Shown here: positions 1-9,102 of the stretch, piece by piece
Layout: the number at the start of each line of letters is the position of its first letter
How positions within the stretch are numbered: the stretch's first letter is position 1
Virus record (IMG/VR): IMGVR_UViG_3300038406_000282
Coordinates: 1 to 28,283 of that record
DNA from: a virus
Lineage: Duplodnaviria; Caudoviricetes
Strand: one strand, 5' to 3'
DNA length: 28,283 nucleotides
Notes under the pieces: generated by a model
Databases searched by the model: none
What the model was told of the DNA's origin: nothing
The model's input: the letters and a program-made list of their open reading frames with translations, nothing else
Position numbers and translations under genes: made by a program

Positions 1-144
1 GACTCGGCCGCTGGTAAAAAATCGGCGTTCGTCTAACCACGTTGCGTTATCTCAGCTCTCAACTTTCGGTATTCGGCAGGTTCCCAGTACCGATCCGAGA
101 ACGAACCGGACATCGCTGACGCTCTATGGGGGGGGGTATTGACG

Positions 145-588
145 ATGGCCGATTCTGGGGCGGAGCGAGCCCGCCGCGCCCGCCGGCACAAGGCGGGCGA
201 CCACTCGCTATGCAGCCCTGGCCGATGCCCGGAGCTGTCGCAGCCCGAGCCGGCGAACACCGTGCGCGCCGGGGCTGGACTGCCGGACGTGCCGCCGCCC
301 GACGTGGCCGCAGCGGTGCGGGAAGACATCGAAGCGCTACCGCCAAAGCTGCGGCGGGACTCACGTGCCGCAGCCGCGCTGTTCCTGGCCGGCCTGATGC
401 GAGACGCGACACCGCGGGACGCCGCGACCATCTGGGACCGGGTCCGCTCGACGCTGGCCGAGCTGCGTGCGGCCGCGGCCGCTGCTCCGGGGGAGGCTGA
501 TCCGGTTGACGAGCTTGAGCAGCGTCGCCAGCGCCGTCGCGGTGCCGCGGTACCTGAGGGCGCCGACGTCGGCGACCAACGCGTCTGA
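145..588 (+). CDS. terS: Terminase small subunit
   Basis: Directly upstream of and overlapping terL. N-terminal RRHKAGDHSLC and C-terminal DPVDELEQRRQRRR are typical of actinophage TerS. ATG at 145 follows a G-run; TTG at 139 is an alternative start. Confidence 0.75.
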   Translation: MADSGAERARRARRHKAGDHSLCSPGRCPELSQPEPANTVRAGAGLPDVPPPDVAAAVREDIEALPPKLRRDSRAAAALFLAGLMRDATPRDAATIWDRVRSTLAELRAAAAAAPGEADPVDELEQRRQRRRGAAVPEGADVGDQRV

Positions 589-1981
589 GGACATCATCGG
601 GTTGGCGGACTCGGCCGGCCTGCATCTGGACGAGGCGGAGCAGCTGGTCCTGCGGGCGGCGCTCGGTGAGCGGGTCGACGGGACGTGGGCAGCCAGCCAG
701 GTGGGACTCGTGGTCCCGCGGCAGAACCTGAAAACCTGGACGCTGGGTGCGGACGCGCTGGGGTCGATCTTCGTCCTGAAGATTCCACTGATCATGTGGA
801 CGGCGCACCGGTTCTCGACCGCGATCGAGGCGTGGCGGTGGATGCGCGCGGTGGTCACCAACTACGACCATCTGCGCCGTCGGGTGCAGGGGGTTCGCCG
901 TACGACGTGGGGCGGCGGCGAGATCGAGCTGGTCGACGGCTGCCGGATTCTGTTCGGGTCGCGGTCGAACGGCGCGACCGGTCGCGGGTTCTCCATCGAC
1001 AAGCTGTACTTCGACGAGGCGTTCGACCTGACCGACGACGACCTGGCGGCGTTGCTGCCGGCGTTGAGCGCGCGTCCGAACCACCAGGTGTGGTACGCGA
1101 GCTCGGCGCCGAAGCCGCACAGCGCGGTGTTGCGGCGGATCTGTGAGGCGGGGCGTGCGGGCGTGACGCCAGGGCTGGCATATGTGGAGTGGTCGGCGCC
1201 GGACTCCGCCGCATCGGACGACCCGGCGGCGTGGGCGGCGGCGAACCCGTCGTATGGGATGCGGCGGGCGAACGGGTCGGGTATCACCGAGGAGACGATC
1301 CGCAGCGAGCTTGCCACGATGTCTGACGGGGACTTCCGCCGGGAGCGGCTGGGGATCTGGGATCCGGTCGACGGCCAGGCGATCGACATGGGCCGGTGGC
1401 GGGACCTGCAGGACGCCGGCTCACGCCGCGCCGGCGGGGCGACCGCGGTGGGGGTGGCGGTCACGCCGTTGCGGGACGCGGCCGCGGTGGTGGCGTTCGG
1501 TTCCCGCGAGGACGGCCTGGGCCACGGCCAGCTGGTGCGGTGGGCCAGCGGCGTGGACTGGGTGCCGTCGGCGGTGGCGGAGCTGCTGGAGGCATGCCGG
1601 CCGGCGCTGGTGGGGATGACCCGGGCGACGGCCGCCTCGCTGGAGCGGCTGACGGAGGCGGGCATCACGCCGCCGGAGGATGCGGCCGAGCCGGAGCACG
1701 GCAACCTCATCACGCTGGCTGGGCCGGACTCGGCGGCGGCGTGTTCGCAGCTGCTGGTGGCGGTGCGCGAGGGGTCCCTGCGGGTGGTGCCGGCGCCGGA
1801 TCTGGATGCGGCGGTAGCCGGCGCGCAGACGCGGGTGGTGGGCGATGGCGTGACGTGGGCGCGGCAGGGGATGGGTACGGAGGCGGCGCCGTTGGAGGCG
1901 CTGACGGTGGCGCGGTGGGTGCACGCCACGAAGGGGCATCTGCTGGTCAACGACTACGACCCGGTGGGTCAGATCTTCTGA
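506..1981 (+). CDS. terL: Terminase large subunit
   Basis: Walker A-like VPRQNLKT, WTAHRFSTA, RGFSIDKLYFDEA (Walker B), YASSA coupling motif, WAAANPS and FRRERLGIW. Start inferred at TTG 506, 9 nt after GGAGG (492-496); the ORF track starts at 467. Confidence 0.93.
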   Translation: MTSLSSVASAVAVPRYLRAPTSATNASEDIIGLADSAGLHLDEAEQLVLRAALGERVDGTWAASQVGLVVPRQNLKTWTLGADALGSIFVLKIPLIMWTAHRFSTAIEAWRWMRAVVTNYDHLRRRVQGVRRTTWGGGEIELVDGCRILFGSRSNGATGRGFSIDKLYFDEAFDLTDDDLAALLPALSARPNHQVWYASSAPKPHSAVLRRICEAGRAGVTPGLAYVEWSAPDSAASDDPAAWAAANPSYGMRRANGSGITEETIRSELATMSDGDFRRERLGIWDPVDGQAIDMGRWRDLQDAGSRRAGGATAVGVAVTPLRDAAAVVAFGSREDGLGHGQLVRWASGVDWVPSAVAELLEACRPALVGMTRATAASLERLTEAGITPPEDAAEPEHGNLITLAGPDSAAACSQLLVAVREGSLRVVPAPDLDAAVAGAQTRVVGDGVTWARQGMGTEAAPLEALTVARWVHATKGHLLVNDYDPVGQIF

Positions 1982-1992
1982 GGGCGAGGGCG

Positions 1993-2238
1993 ATGAGCGG
2001 CTACGTCTACGGCATCCCGCGTTCGGCCGCTCGCCGGCCGCCACGCTGGCCAAATCTGGCCGGCGCGCTGGCGGCGGCAGCGGGGCACGCCGCGCGGGCG
2101 GGTCGGCAGGCAGCGGTTCGGCTGCCGGGGCTAGCCGGGTCGGTGGCGGTGTGCTACGGGGCATGGCTGGCGTGGGCACCGGCCGGGTTCCTGGCCGCTG
2201 GGGCGTTCCTGCTGCTGCTGGACCGGCGGGTGCCGTGA
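1993..2238 (+). CDS. Small membrane protein between terminase and portal
   Basis: ATG 1993 after GAGGG. Hydrophobic C-terminus (GLAGSVAVCYGAWLAWAPAGFLAAGAFLLLL). Stop overlaps the portal start (GTGA). Confidence 0.7.
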   Translation: MSGYVYGIPRSAARRPPRWPNLAGALAAAAGHAARAGRQAAVRLPGLAGSVAVCYGAWLAWAPAGFLAAGAFLLLLDRRVP

Positions 2239-3470
2239 GCATGTTCTTCCGGTCTCGGCCGCGGGCGGAGCAGCGGTCCGAGTCGACGTGGGGTACGCCG
2301 CGGCCGCTGTCCGAGGTGCTGCTGGGGCTGGTGTCGCGCGGCTTCAGCGAGATCGATTTGTCGCGCGCTGAGGCCAGCCTGCAGTCGGTCGCGGTGCGGG
2401 CGGCGGTCGACCTGATTGCGTCCGTGGCGTCCGAGCTGCCGCTGGACATCTTCCGCGGCACCGGGTCCCGGCGGACCGAGCTGCGGATGCCGGGCCACCT
2501 GGAGGATCCGGACGGGTCGGACCAGGGGCTACAGGACTGGTGCTATCGGGTCCTGGTGTCGTGGCTGCTGCGGGGCAACCTGTACGGAGACGTGCTCGAG
2601 CGCGGCCCCGGCGACACACTGCGGCAGGTGGACATCTTCCACCCGGACCGGGTGCATCCGGAGATCGACAACGATGGCGTCCAGGCGGTGGTGCGCTGGT
2701 TCGTCGAGGGCCGGGAGGTTCCGCAGGCCCGGATGCTGCATCGCCGGGTGAACCCGATACCCGGCTGTGTGTTAGGGCTCTCGCCGGTGGCGTACCACGC
2801 GTGGACGATCGGGCTGTCGTTGACGGCGACCCGGTTCGGGCTCCAGTGGTTTCAGGATGGCGCTCACCCGGGCGGCGTGCTGCGCAACACGATGGCGGAG
2901 TTGGACGCCAAGCAGAGCAGGACCGCCAAGGAGCGGTTTATGGAGGCGCTGCGCGGCTCCCGGGAGCCGGTGGTCATGGGCAAGGGCTGGGAGTGGCAGC
3001 AGATCCAGCTGAACCCCGAGGAGAGCCAGTTCCTGGAGACGCAGCGGTTCTCGGCCGCGGAGTGCGCGAGGATCTTCGGGCCGGGCATCCCGGAGGTGCT
3101 GGGTTACTCGGACGGCAAGAGCAGCCTGACCTACTCGAACGTGGTCGACCGCGACCTGCACGTGCTCAAGTATGCGCTGAACCGGTGGCTGCGCCGGCTG
3201 GAGCGGCTGCTGTCGGCGTTCCTGCCACGGCCGCAGTACGCCCAGTTCAACCGGGACGCACTGCTGCAGACGAACACGTTGCAGCGTTATCAGGCGCACG
3301 CGAGCGCGCTGAGCAACCGGTGGAAGACGGTGAATGAGGTGCGGGACGTCGAGGACATGCCGCCGGTCGAATGGGGCGACGAGCCGAACGATGCGGCAAC
3401 CGGCGAGTCCGTAGACGCACCACCACCGCCGCCGGACGTAGAGGACGACGCCGAGGGAGGCGACCAGTGA
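2235..3470 (+). CDS. Portal protein, HK97 family
   Basis: AVRAAVDLIASVASELPL, LLRGNLY, GLSPV, FQDGAHPGGVL, EESQFLETQRFS and TVNEVRDVEDMPP. Start is GTG 2235 or ATG 2241. Confidence 0.95.
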   Translation: MSMFFRSRPRAEQRSESTWGTPRPLSEVLLGLVSRGFSEIDLSRAEASLQSVAVRAAVDLIASVASELPLDIFRGTGSRRTELRMPGHLEDPDGSDQGLQDWCYRVLVSWLLRGNLYGDVLERGPGDTLRQVDIFHPDRVHPEIDNDGVQAVVRWFVEGREVPQARMLHRRVNPIPGCVLGLSPVAYHAWTIGLSLTATRFGLQWFQDGAHPGGVLRNTMAELDAKQSRTAKERFMEALRGSREPVVMGKGWEWQQIQLNPEESQFLETQRFSAAECARIFGPGIPEVLGYSDGKSSLTYSNVVDRDLHVLKYALNRWLRRLERLLSAFLPRPQYAQFNRDALLQTNTLQRYQAHASALSNRWKTVNEVRDVEDMPPVEWGDEPNDAATGESVDAPPPPPDVEDDAEGGDQ

Positions 3471-4297
3471 TGCGCTCGATGCGTGGCCTGTACGTGATCC
3501 GGGGCGGCGCGGCGGTGCCGCGGTTGGCGGCTCTCGCCGTGCGGGCTGATGAGCCGGCTGGGGACGCCCCGGCCGATGGTCGGCTGGGGACGCTCGAGGT
3601 GGACTTCTCCAGGTTCGACACCTGGTACGAGATCGACTCGTTCTGGGAAGGCCAGTTCGTCGAGCGCATCGTGCGAGGTGCGTTCAAGAAGACCATCCGG
3701 GAGAACGGCTCCAACGTCAAGGTCCTGTTCAACCACGGCTTCGACTTCCACATCGGCGACAAGGTCCTCGGCGTTCCCGAGGTGCTCGAGGAGCGGGACG
3801 TCTCACCACACCTCGAGGCCGGCCTGCTCGACACCAGCTACAACCGGGACCTTGAGCCCGGCCTGCGCGCCGGCGCCTACGGCAGCTCGTTCATGTTCGA
3901 GGTGCTCGCCGAGAAGTGGGTGCGAGAGCCGGAGAAGTCGGAGCACAACCCGGACGGCCTGCCGGAGCGCACCATCACGCAGGTGCGGCTGTTCGAGGCC
4001 GGCCCGGTGACGTGGCCGGCCAACCCGGACGCTACCGCCTCGCTGCGGTCGGGCACCGACTGGTACGCGGAGCAGGTGCAGCTTCGCCGTGACCGGGAGC
4101 AGTTCGACGAGCTGGTAAGATCCTTTGCAGCTTTCCGTGCGCTGAACGGGCTCAGCATCCCCGAGGGGACCGCTACCCCGCCGGTCACGAAGCCGGAAAC
4201 GCCGGCATCCGAGCCAGACTCGGACCGCCACGTCGACGGAGTATCCGCGACGGCACGACGCCGTCGCCTGGCACTCATCGATATGGCGAGGAGATAG
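3470..4297 (+). CDS. HK97-family prohead (maturation) protease
   Basis: FVERIVRGAFKKTI, VLFNHG (His), GSSFMF (Ser) and LFEAGPVTWPANPDA. Lies between portal and capsid. GGAGG RBS with TGATG coupling; GTG 3467 is an alternative start. Confidence 0.92.
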   Translation: MRSMRGLYVIRGGAAVPRLAALAVRADEPAGDAPADGRLGTLEVDFSRFDTWYEIDSFWEGQFVERIVRGAFKKTIRENGSNVKVLFNHGFDFHIGDKVLGVPEVLEERDVSPHLEAGLLDTSYNRDLEPGLRAGAYGSSFMFEVLAEKWVREPEKSEHNPDGLPERTITQVRLFEAGPVTWPANPDATASLRSGTDWYAEQVQLRRDREQFDELVRSFAAFRALNGLSIPEGTATPPVTKPETPASEPDSDRHVDGVSATARRRRLALIDMARR

Positions 4298-4299
4298 GC

Positions 4300-5835
4300 A
4301 TGCGCGACACTCGCGCCCTGCCGCCGGTGATCGGCTACCGGCGAGACGGGCGTCCCATCTACGCGATCGCGGGCGGCGCGCCCGTGATGGTGCGGGTGGG
4401 CGACAAGGAAGTCACCATCGAGGCCGCGGAGAAGCGGCTGGGGGAGATCGAGGAAGAGCTTCGGGGGATCAACGAAGAGGCACCCGACGGCCAGGATCTC
4501 GACGAGGAGCAGACCCGCACCTGGAATGAGCTCGACACCGAGCACAAGGAGCTGGCGGCGGCGACCCGTAAGGCGCAGCGTGCGGAGCGGCTGGCCGAGT
4601 CCCGCGCCCGGTGGGGTTCGACGCAGGTCGGGGCGAAGAAGGAAGACCCGTTCGACGCGGATGCGCGGACCATCGGCGAGACTCAGGCGCTGTCCCGGGC
4701 TCGGCAGGTGCTGGACAGCAAGGAGCACAACTCGCACCTTCGGGATGACCAGAAGGCGCAGTTGGAGAAGACGCTCCGGACCCGCAACGGCGACCTGGAC
4801 GGTGACCTGGTGGCGCGGCTGATGCTGGCCACCGAGAACCCGCACTACCGGTCGGCGTTCCAGAAGGTGGCCGCGTCGGCGACGCCGGCGTTCACGCAGG
4901 AGGAGTCGCGGGCGATCGACCAGGTTCGGCTGATCAAGCGGGCGATGTCCATCGGGGTCGACTCGGCCGGCGGGTTCGCCGTTCCTGTGCTGATCGACCC
5001 GACGATCATCATGACCGCGCAGGGGTCGCCCAACGACATCCTGCGGCTGGCCCGGGTGGAGACGATCACCAACGACACCTGGCGCGGGCTCAGCTCGGCC
5101 GGGGTCAGCTGGAAGTTCGACGCCGAAGCCGCCACCGCGACGGACAACAGCCCGAGCGTGGCTCAGCCGGAGGTGCCGACCCGGCGCGCGGACGGGTTCA
5201 TCCCGTTCAGCATCGAGGTCGGCATGGACTGGCCCGGGTTCGCCGAGCAGATGAGCATGCTGCTGGCGGAGGGCTACGACGAGCTGCTGGCCGAGAAGCT
5301 CACCGTCGCCACCGGCGCCAACGAGCCGGGGGGTCTGATCGCCCAGCTGGCGGCGAGCACCAGCCCGGACGTGAGTATCGCGACCACGACCTCTGCCGGC
5401 ATCGCGGCCGGTGACATCTACGGGCTGTGGGCGGCGCTGCCGCAGCGCTTCCGGCGTGCCGCCAACTGTGCATGGATGTCGAGCACTGATGTGCAGAACA
5501 CGATCCGGCAGCTCGGCGAGGACGACCCGAACTTCACCGTGGACATCACGCAGGAGGCCATCCCGCGGATGTTCGGCCGGCAGTACCCCATGAACGACTT
5601 CATGGAGGACGTTCCGTCGGACACCGGCACGGAGCCACTGCTGGTGGTCGGGGACTTCCGCGGCTACGTGGTGGCGCAGCGCGCCGGCATGACCGTCGAG
5701 TTCATCCCGATGCTGTTCGACGTGACCAACAACCGGCCGACCGGCCAGCGTGGCTGGTTCGCCTGGGCGCGCGTCGGCGGCGGCGTCGTGAACCCGTTCG
5801 GGTTCCGGCTCCTGATCAACAACGACGGCAACTGA
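4300..5835 (+). CDS. Major capsid protein, HK97 fold, with N-terminal coiled-coil delta/scaffold domain
   Basis: Coiled-coil N-terminal region, AGGFAVPVLIDPTII, LVVGDFRGYVVAQRAGMTVE and GQRGWFAWARVGGGV. AGGAG RBS. Confidence 0.95.
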   Translation: MRDTRALPPVIGYRRDGRPIYAIAGGAPVMVRVGDKEVTIEAAEKRLGEIEEELRGINEEAPDGQDLDEEQTRTWNELDTEHKELAAATRKAQRAERLAESRARWGSTQVGAKKEDPFDADARTIGETQALSRARQVLDSKEHNSHLRDDQKAQLEKTLRTRNGDLDGDLVARLMLATENPHYRSAFQKVAASATPAFTQEESRAIDQVRLIKRAMSIGVDSAGGFAVPVLIDPTIIMTAQGSPNDILRLARVETITNDTWRGLSSAGVSWKFDAEAATATDNSPSVAQPEVPTRRADGFIPFSIEVGMDWPGFAEQMSMLLAEGYDELLAEKLTVATGANEPGGLIAQLAASTSPDVSIATTTSAGIAAGDIYGLWAALPQRFRRAANCAWMSSTDVQNTIRQLGEDDPNFTVDITQEAIPRMFGRQYPMNDFMEDVPSDTGTEPLLVVGDFRGYVVAQRAGMTVEFIPMLFDVTNNRPTGQRGWFAWARVGGGVVNPFGFRLLINNDGN

Positions 5836-5859
5836 TCAGCGCCTTCGCGGTGTGAGTTC

Positions 5860-5898
5860 TCGCACGGCGGGCACGCTCAGCCCGTGCCCGCCGTGCGA
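5860..5898 (+). terminator. 16-bp perfect GC-rich hairpin after the capsid gene (terminator or mRNA-stabilising stem)
   Basis: TCGCACGGCGGGCACG-ctcagcc-CGTGCCCGCCGTGCGA. No strong U-tract follows. Confidence 0.65.
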
Positions 5899-5922
5899 AC
5901 CGTTCCTGGCTGAGAGGAGTTC

Positions 5923-6222
5923 ATGGTGAAGTACGCAAAGATCGATGCGGCGATTCGGTGGAGTGGCGGTACGACGATCCTGAGAAAGGGGCAGACCGCC
6001 GACGACGACCATCCGCTGGTCAGGGAGCGGCCGGATCTGTGGCGCGACGAGTCCCCGGGTGCATCACTGAAGACGCCGCGTACCGGTCCGCCGGCGGTCG
6101 AGCGGGCAACCCGCGCGCCCGGCGAGGTCCGCAAGGCGCTGAGCCGGCCGGCCAAGAAGGTGGCCAAGCCTGCCGAGGCGAAGGAGTCGAAGCCGACCGC
6201 CGCCGCGACCGACGATGAGTGA
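5923..6222 (+). CDS. Small post-capsid virion-associated protein
   Basis: GAGGAG RBS. VERATRAPGEVR motif of the kind seen in small actinophage genes after the capsid. Lys/Ala/Pro-rich tail. Confidence 0.7.
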   Translation: MVKYAKIDAAIRWSGGTTILRKGQTADDDHPLVRERPDLWRDESPGASLKTPRTGPPAVERATRAPGEVRKALSRPAKKVAKPAEAKESKPTAAATDDE

Positions 6223-6976
6223 TCGCTCGGTGCCCAGCAACGGTCGGGTACAGCTCGTGTACCTGCACCCACACCGCGTCTCGCACAGCTGGCATGAGTC
6301 CATGATGCGGCTAGTGGCATACGACGCGGCCAGCGAGGGCCGGATCGTGTCGACCGGCGGCCCGTTCATGATCTCCTGTGACGCCGGCGGCCTGGTCGAG
6401 GCCCGCAACACCGGTGTGCAGCGGTTCCTCGACGAGACCGACCACGAGTGGTTGTGGTTCATCGACACCGACATGGGCTTCCAGCCGGACGTCGTCGACC
6501 GGCTGGTGGCCGCGGCGGATCCGGTGGACCGCCCGGTGGTGGGTGGGCTGTGCTTCGGCCTGCGCGAGGTGGCCTACGACGGGTACGGCGGGCGCCGGGT
6601 CATGCCGGTGCCGACGCTGTACATGCCGGCGAAGAGCACCCAGGGGCACGTCGGGTTCACCAACCGGTTCGAATACCCGTCCGACACCCTGCTACAGGTG
6701 GCAGGTACCGGCGCGGCGTGCCTGCTGATCCACCGCACCGTACTGGAGAAGCTGCGGGCGGAGCACGGCGATGGCTGGTTCGACCGGGTGCGCTACGGCG
6801 ACGGCGTGCCCATCTCCGAGGACCTCAGCTTCTGCGCACGGCTGGCCATGGCCGGCGTCCCGCTGTTCGTCCACACCGGCGTGAAGACCACCCACCACAA
6901 GCAGTTCTGGGTGTCCGACGACGACTACACCCCGCCCCGGGTGGTCCAGCCCGAGCCGGAGCCGGCCGATGGCTGA
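6215..6976 (+). CDS. Glycosyltransferase, GT-A fold (GT2-like)
   Basis: ARNTGVQRFL, WLWFIDTDMGF (DxD), GTGAACLLIHR, SEDLSFC and VHTGVKTTHHK. Confidence 0.85.
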   Translation: MSDRSVPSNGRVQLVYLHPHRVSHSWHESMMRLVAYDAASEGRIVSTGGPFMISCDAGGLVEARNTGVQRFLDETDHEWLWFIDTDMGFQPDVVDRLVAAADPVDRPVVGGLCFGLREVAYDGYGGRRVMPVPTLYMPAKSTQGHVGFTNRFEYPSDTLLQVAGTGAACLLIHRTVLEKLRAEHGDGWFDRVRYGDGVPISEDLSFCARLAMAGVPLFVHTGVKTTHHKQFWVSDDDYTPPRVVQPEPEPADG

Positions 6977-7679
6977 CCTGGCCGTGCTGGTCCCGACCCG
7001 GGAGCGGGTCGACCGGTTCGTGGCTATGGCCGACGCCTGCCACAACCTGGCCGCGGGCACGGTCGAGGTGGTCGCCTACGTCGACGACGACGACCCGCAG
7101 CTCGACCAGTACCGCAAGGAGATGCTGGGCCGGGGCCGGCTGCTGGTCGGGCCCCGGCTGAGCCTGTCCGCGGCGACCAACTTCGCCGCCACGTGGGTGC
7201 TGAACCCGCGCAACGGCGACTGCCCGCGGTGGCTGGCCAGCATGGGCGACGACCACCTGCCCCGTACGGCTGGCTGGGACTTCACGCTGGCGCAGGAGTG
7301 CGGCGAGGTCGGCTGGGCGTACGGCGACGACCAGCTGCAGGGCGGCCGCCTGCCGACCGCCTGGGTGCAGACGGCGAACCTGGCGCGGGCGCTGGGGTGG
7401 GTGATGCTGCCGGCCTGCCAGCACATGTACGTCGACAACGCCGTGGCCGCGCTGGGCAAGGCCGCGGACGCGATCCGGTACGTGCCGCAGGTCGTGATCG
7501 AGCACCTGCACCCGATCGCCCGCAAGGCGGCCGTGGACGCCACCTATCTGGCCACCAACACGAACCAGCAGTACGCCCGCGACCAGGCCGCCTACCGGGC
7601 GTGGCTGGCCGACGGGCTGGACCGCGCCGTCGAGCGGGTCCGCCAGCTGCAGCACAAGACCACGAGCGTCGGGAGGTAG
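6969..7679 (+). CDS. Glycosyltransferase, GT2-like
   Basis: LAVLVPTRER, VVAYVDDDD, SMGDDH (xDD), HMYVDN and IEHLHP. Confidence 0.8.
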   Translation: MADLAVLVPTRERVDRFVAMADACHNLAAGTVEVVAYVDDDDPQLDQYRKEMLGRGRLLVGPRLSLSAATNFAATWVLNPRNGDCPRWLASMGDDHLPRTAGWDFTLAQECGEVGWAYGDDQLQGGRLPTAWVQTANLARALGWVMLPACQHMYVDNAVAALGKAADAIRYVPQVVIEHLHPIARKAAVDATYLATNTNQQYARDQAAYRAWLADGLDRAVERVRQLQHKTTSVGR

Positions 7680-7682
7680 GCC

Positions 7683-8105
7683 ATGACCATCCTCGGAGAG
7701 TCCCTGTCGGTGGCCGACAGCGAGGCGGAACTGCTGCTGGCCCGGGGTAGCAGCACCAGCCGGCGGACCCGCCGCAAGGCACAGACTCTGCTGGTAGCCG
7801 ACCTGGCGTTCACGACCTGGGGTGAGCCGGTTGCCGACCGCGGGCAGGTCACCGTCACCGACCTGACCCCGGCCACCGGCGACATCGTCGGCGGTACCAC
7901 GGTCACCGCCACCGGCACCAACCTGCTGGGCGCCACCTCGGTCACGTTCGACGGCGCCGCCGGGACCAGCCTGACCGTCAACTCGGCCACCGAGCTGGAG
8001 GTGGACACTCCGGCCGGCAGCGTCGGCCAGGTGGATGTGGTCGCGATCACCCCGGCCGGCTCAGCGACGGTCACCGACGGGTTCGAGTACACCGACGAGG
8101 GCTGA
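7683..8105 (+). CDS. IPT/TIG (Ig-like) domain protein, probable virion decoration
   Basis: VTDLTPATGDIVGGTTVTATGTNL...VTFDG...SATELEVDTPAG...VDVVAITPAGS...FEY matches the IPT/TIG pattern. GGAGG RBS. Confidence 0.8.
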   Translation: MTILGESLSVADSEAELLLARGSSTSRRTRRKAQTLLVADLAFTTWGEPVADRGQVTVTDLTPATGDIVGGTTVTATGTNLLGATSVTFDGAAGTSLTVNSATELEVDTPAGSVGQVDVVAITPAGSATVTDGFEYTDEG

Positions 8106-9094
8106 TGCTCTGGGTCATCACCCGCGAGCGGGTCAAGCAGTCGTTGGACTCCAAGGAGTCGGCGGCGAACAACGTCCAGGTGGACCGGGCGATCGAGGGT
8201 GCCTGCCGGTCCATCGAGGGCGAGCTCGGGCGCAAGTTCCACCCGCAGCTGGCGACGTACGCCTTTCCCCGACCGCGGGGCTGCCAGTTGTTCGTTGACG
8301 CCGAGGTCGACGTGGATCTGATCGAGGTGGACGAGGTCACCGTCGACGGGGTCGCGGTCGAGGGCTACATCCTGGCGCCGATCGACGGGCCGCCGTTCAC
8401 CCAGCTCGAGTTCGCGGCACGCATCGGCGGCAGATCCAGCGGCCGGCCGGTCTCCATCGAGGGGCTGTGGGGCTACGACAACGTCACCGCACCGGCCGGT
8501 GCGCTGGCCGCCGCCCTGACCGACTCCGCGACCGCGGTGGACGTCACCGACTCGTCGACCACCGGCGTCGGGTCGCTGCTCACCGTCGGCACCGAGCGGA
8601 TGGCGGTGGTCGAGCGCGGCCAGCTCGACACCGGGCAGACGCTGCAAGCCGCGTTGACGGCCAGCATCGCCGCCCGGATTGTCGAGGTCGGCGACGGGAC
8701 GCAGGTGCACGTCGGGGAGATCCTGCTCGTCGACGAGGAGCGCATGCTGGTCACCGACGTGGCCGGCAACAACGTGATCGTGCGCCGGAGCTGGGACGGG
8801 TCGGTGGTCGCCGCCCACGACTTGGGTACGGCGGTGTTCGCGCTGCGGCGGCTGACCGTCGACCGTGGCGTGCTGGGTACGACGGCGGCCGCCCACGACC
8901 AGGCCGATCCGGTGCTGCGGCAGGTGTTCCCGGGCCCGGTGGTCACGTACGCGGTGTCGCTGGCGCAGTCGCTGCTGTTGCAGGAGGTCACCGGCCAGCA
9001 ACAGGCCCCAGGCGGGCATACCTGGGGGACGACGGTGGATATGGACCGGGCCCGCGCGATTGCCGCGTGCGGCCGTGAGACCGGGTTCGCGTAG
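8105..9094 (+). CDS. Head-to-tail adaptor with inserted beta-rich domains
   Basis: N-terminal VDRAIEGACRSIEGELGRKF and SIEGLWGY, plus position after the head genes. Confidence 0.7.
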   Translation: MLWVITRERVKQSLDSKESAANNVQVDRAIEGACRSIEGELGRKFHPQLATYAFPRPRGCQLFVDAEVDVDLIEVDEVTVDGVAVEGYILAPIDGPPFTQLEFAARIGGRSSGRPVSIEGLWGYDNVTAPAGALAAALTDSATAVDVTDSSTTGVGSLLTVGTERMAVVERGQLDTGQTLQAALTASIAARIVEVGDGTQVHVGEILLVDEERMLVTDVAGNNVIVRRSWDGSVVAAHDLGTAVFALRRLTVDRGVLGTTAAAHDQADPVLRQVFPGPVVTYAVSLAQSLLLQEVTGQQQAPGGHTWGTTVDMDRARAIAACGRETGFA

Positions 9095-9102
9095 GAGGTC
9101 AG

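Noticed and set aside
5820-5925. Capsid C-terminal extension by frameshift or readthrough
   Set aside because: The gene ends GGC AAC TGA, which is not a slippery heptamer, and the next gene has its own strong RBS.
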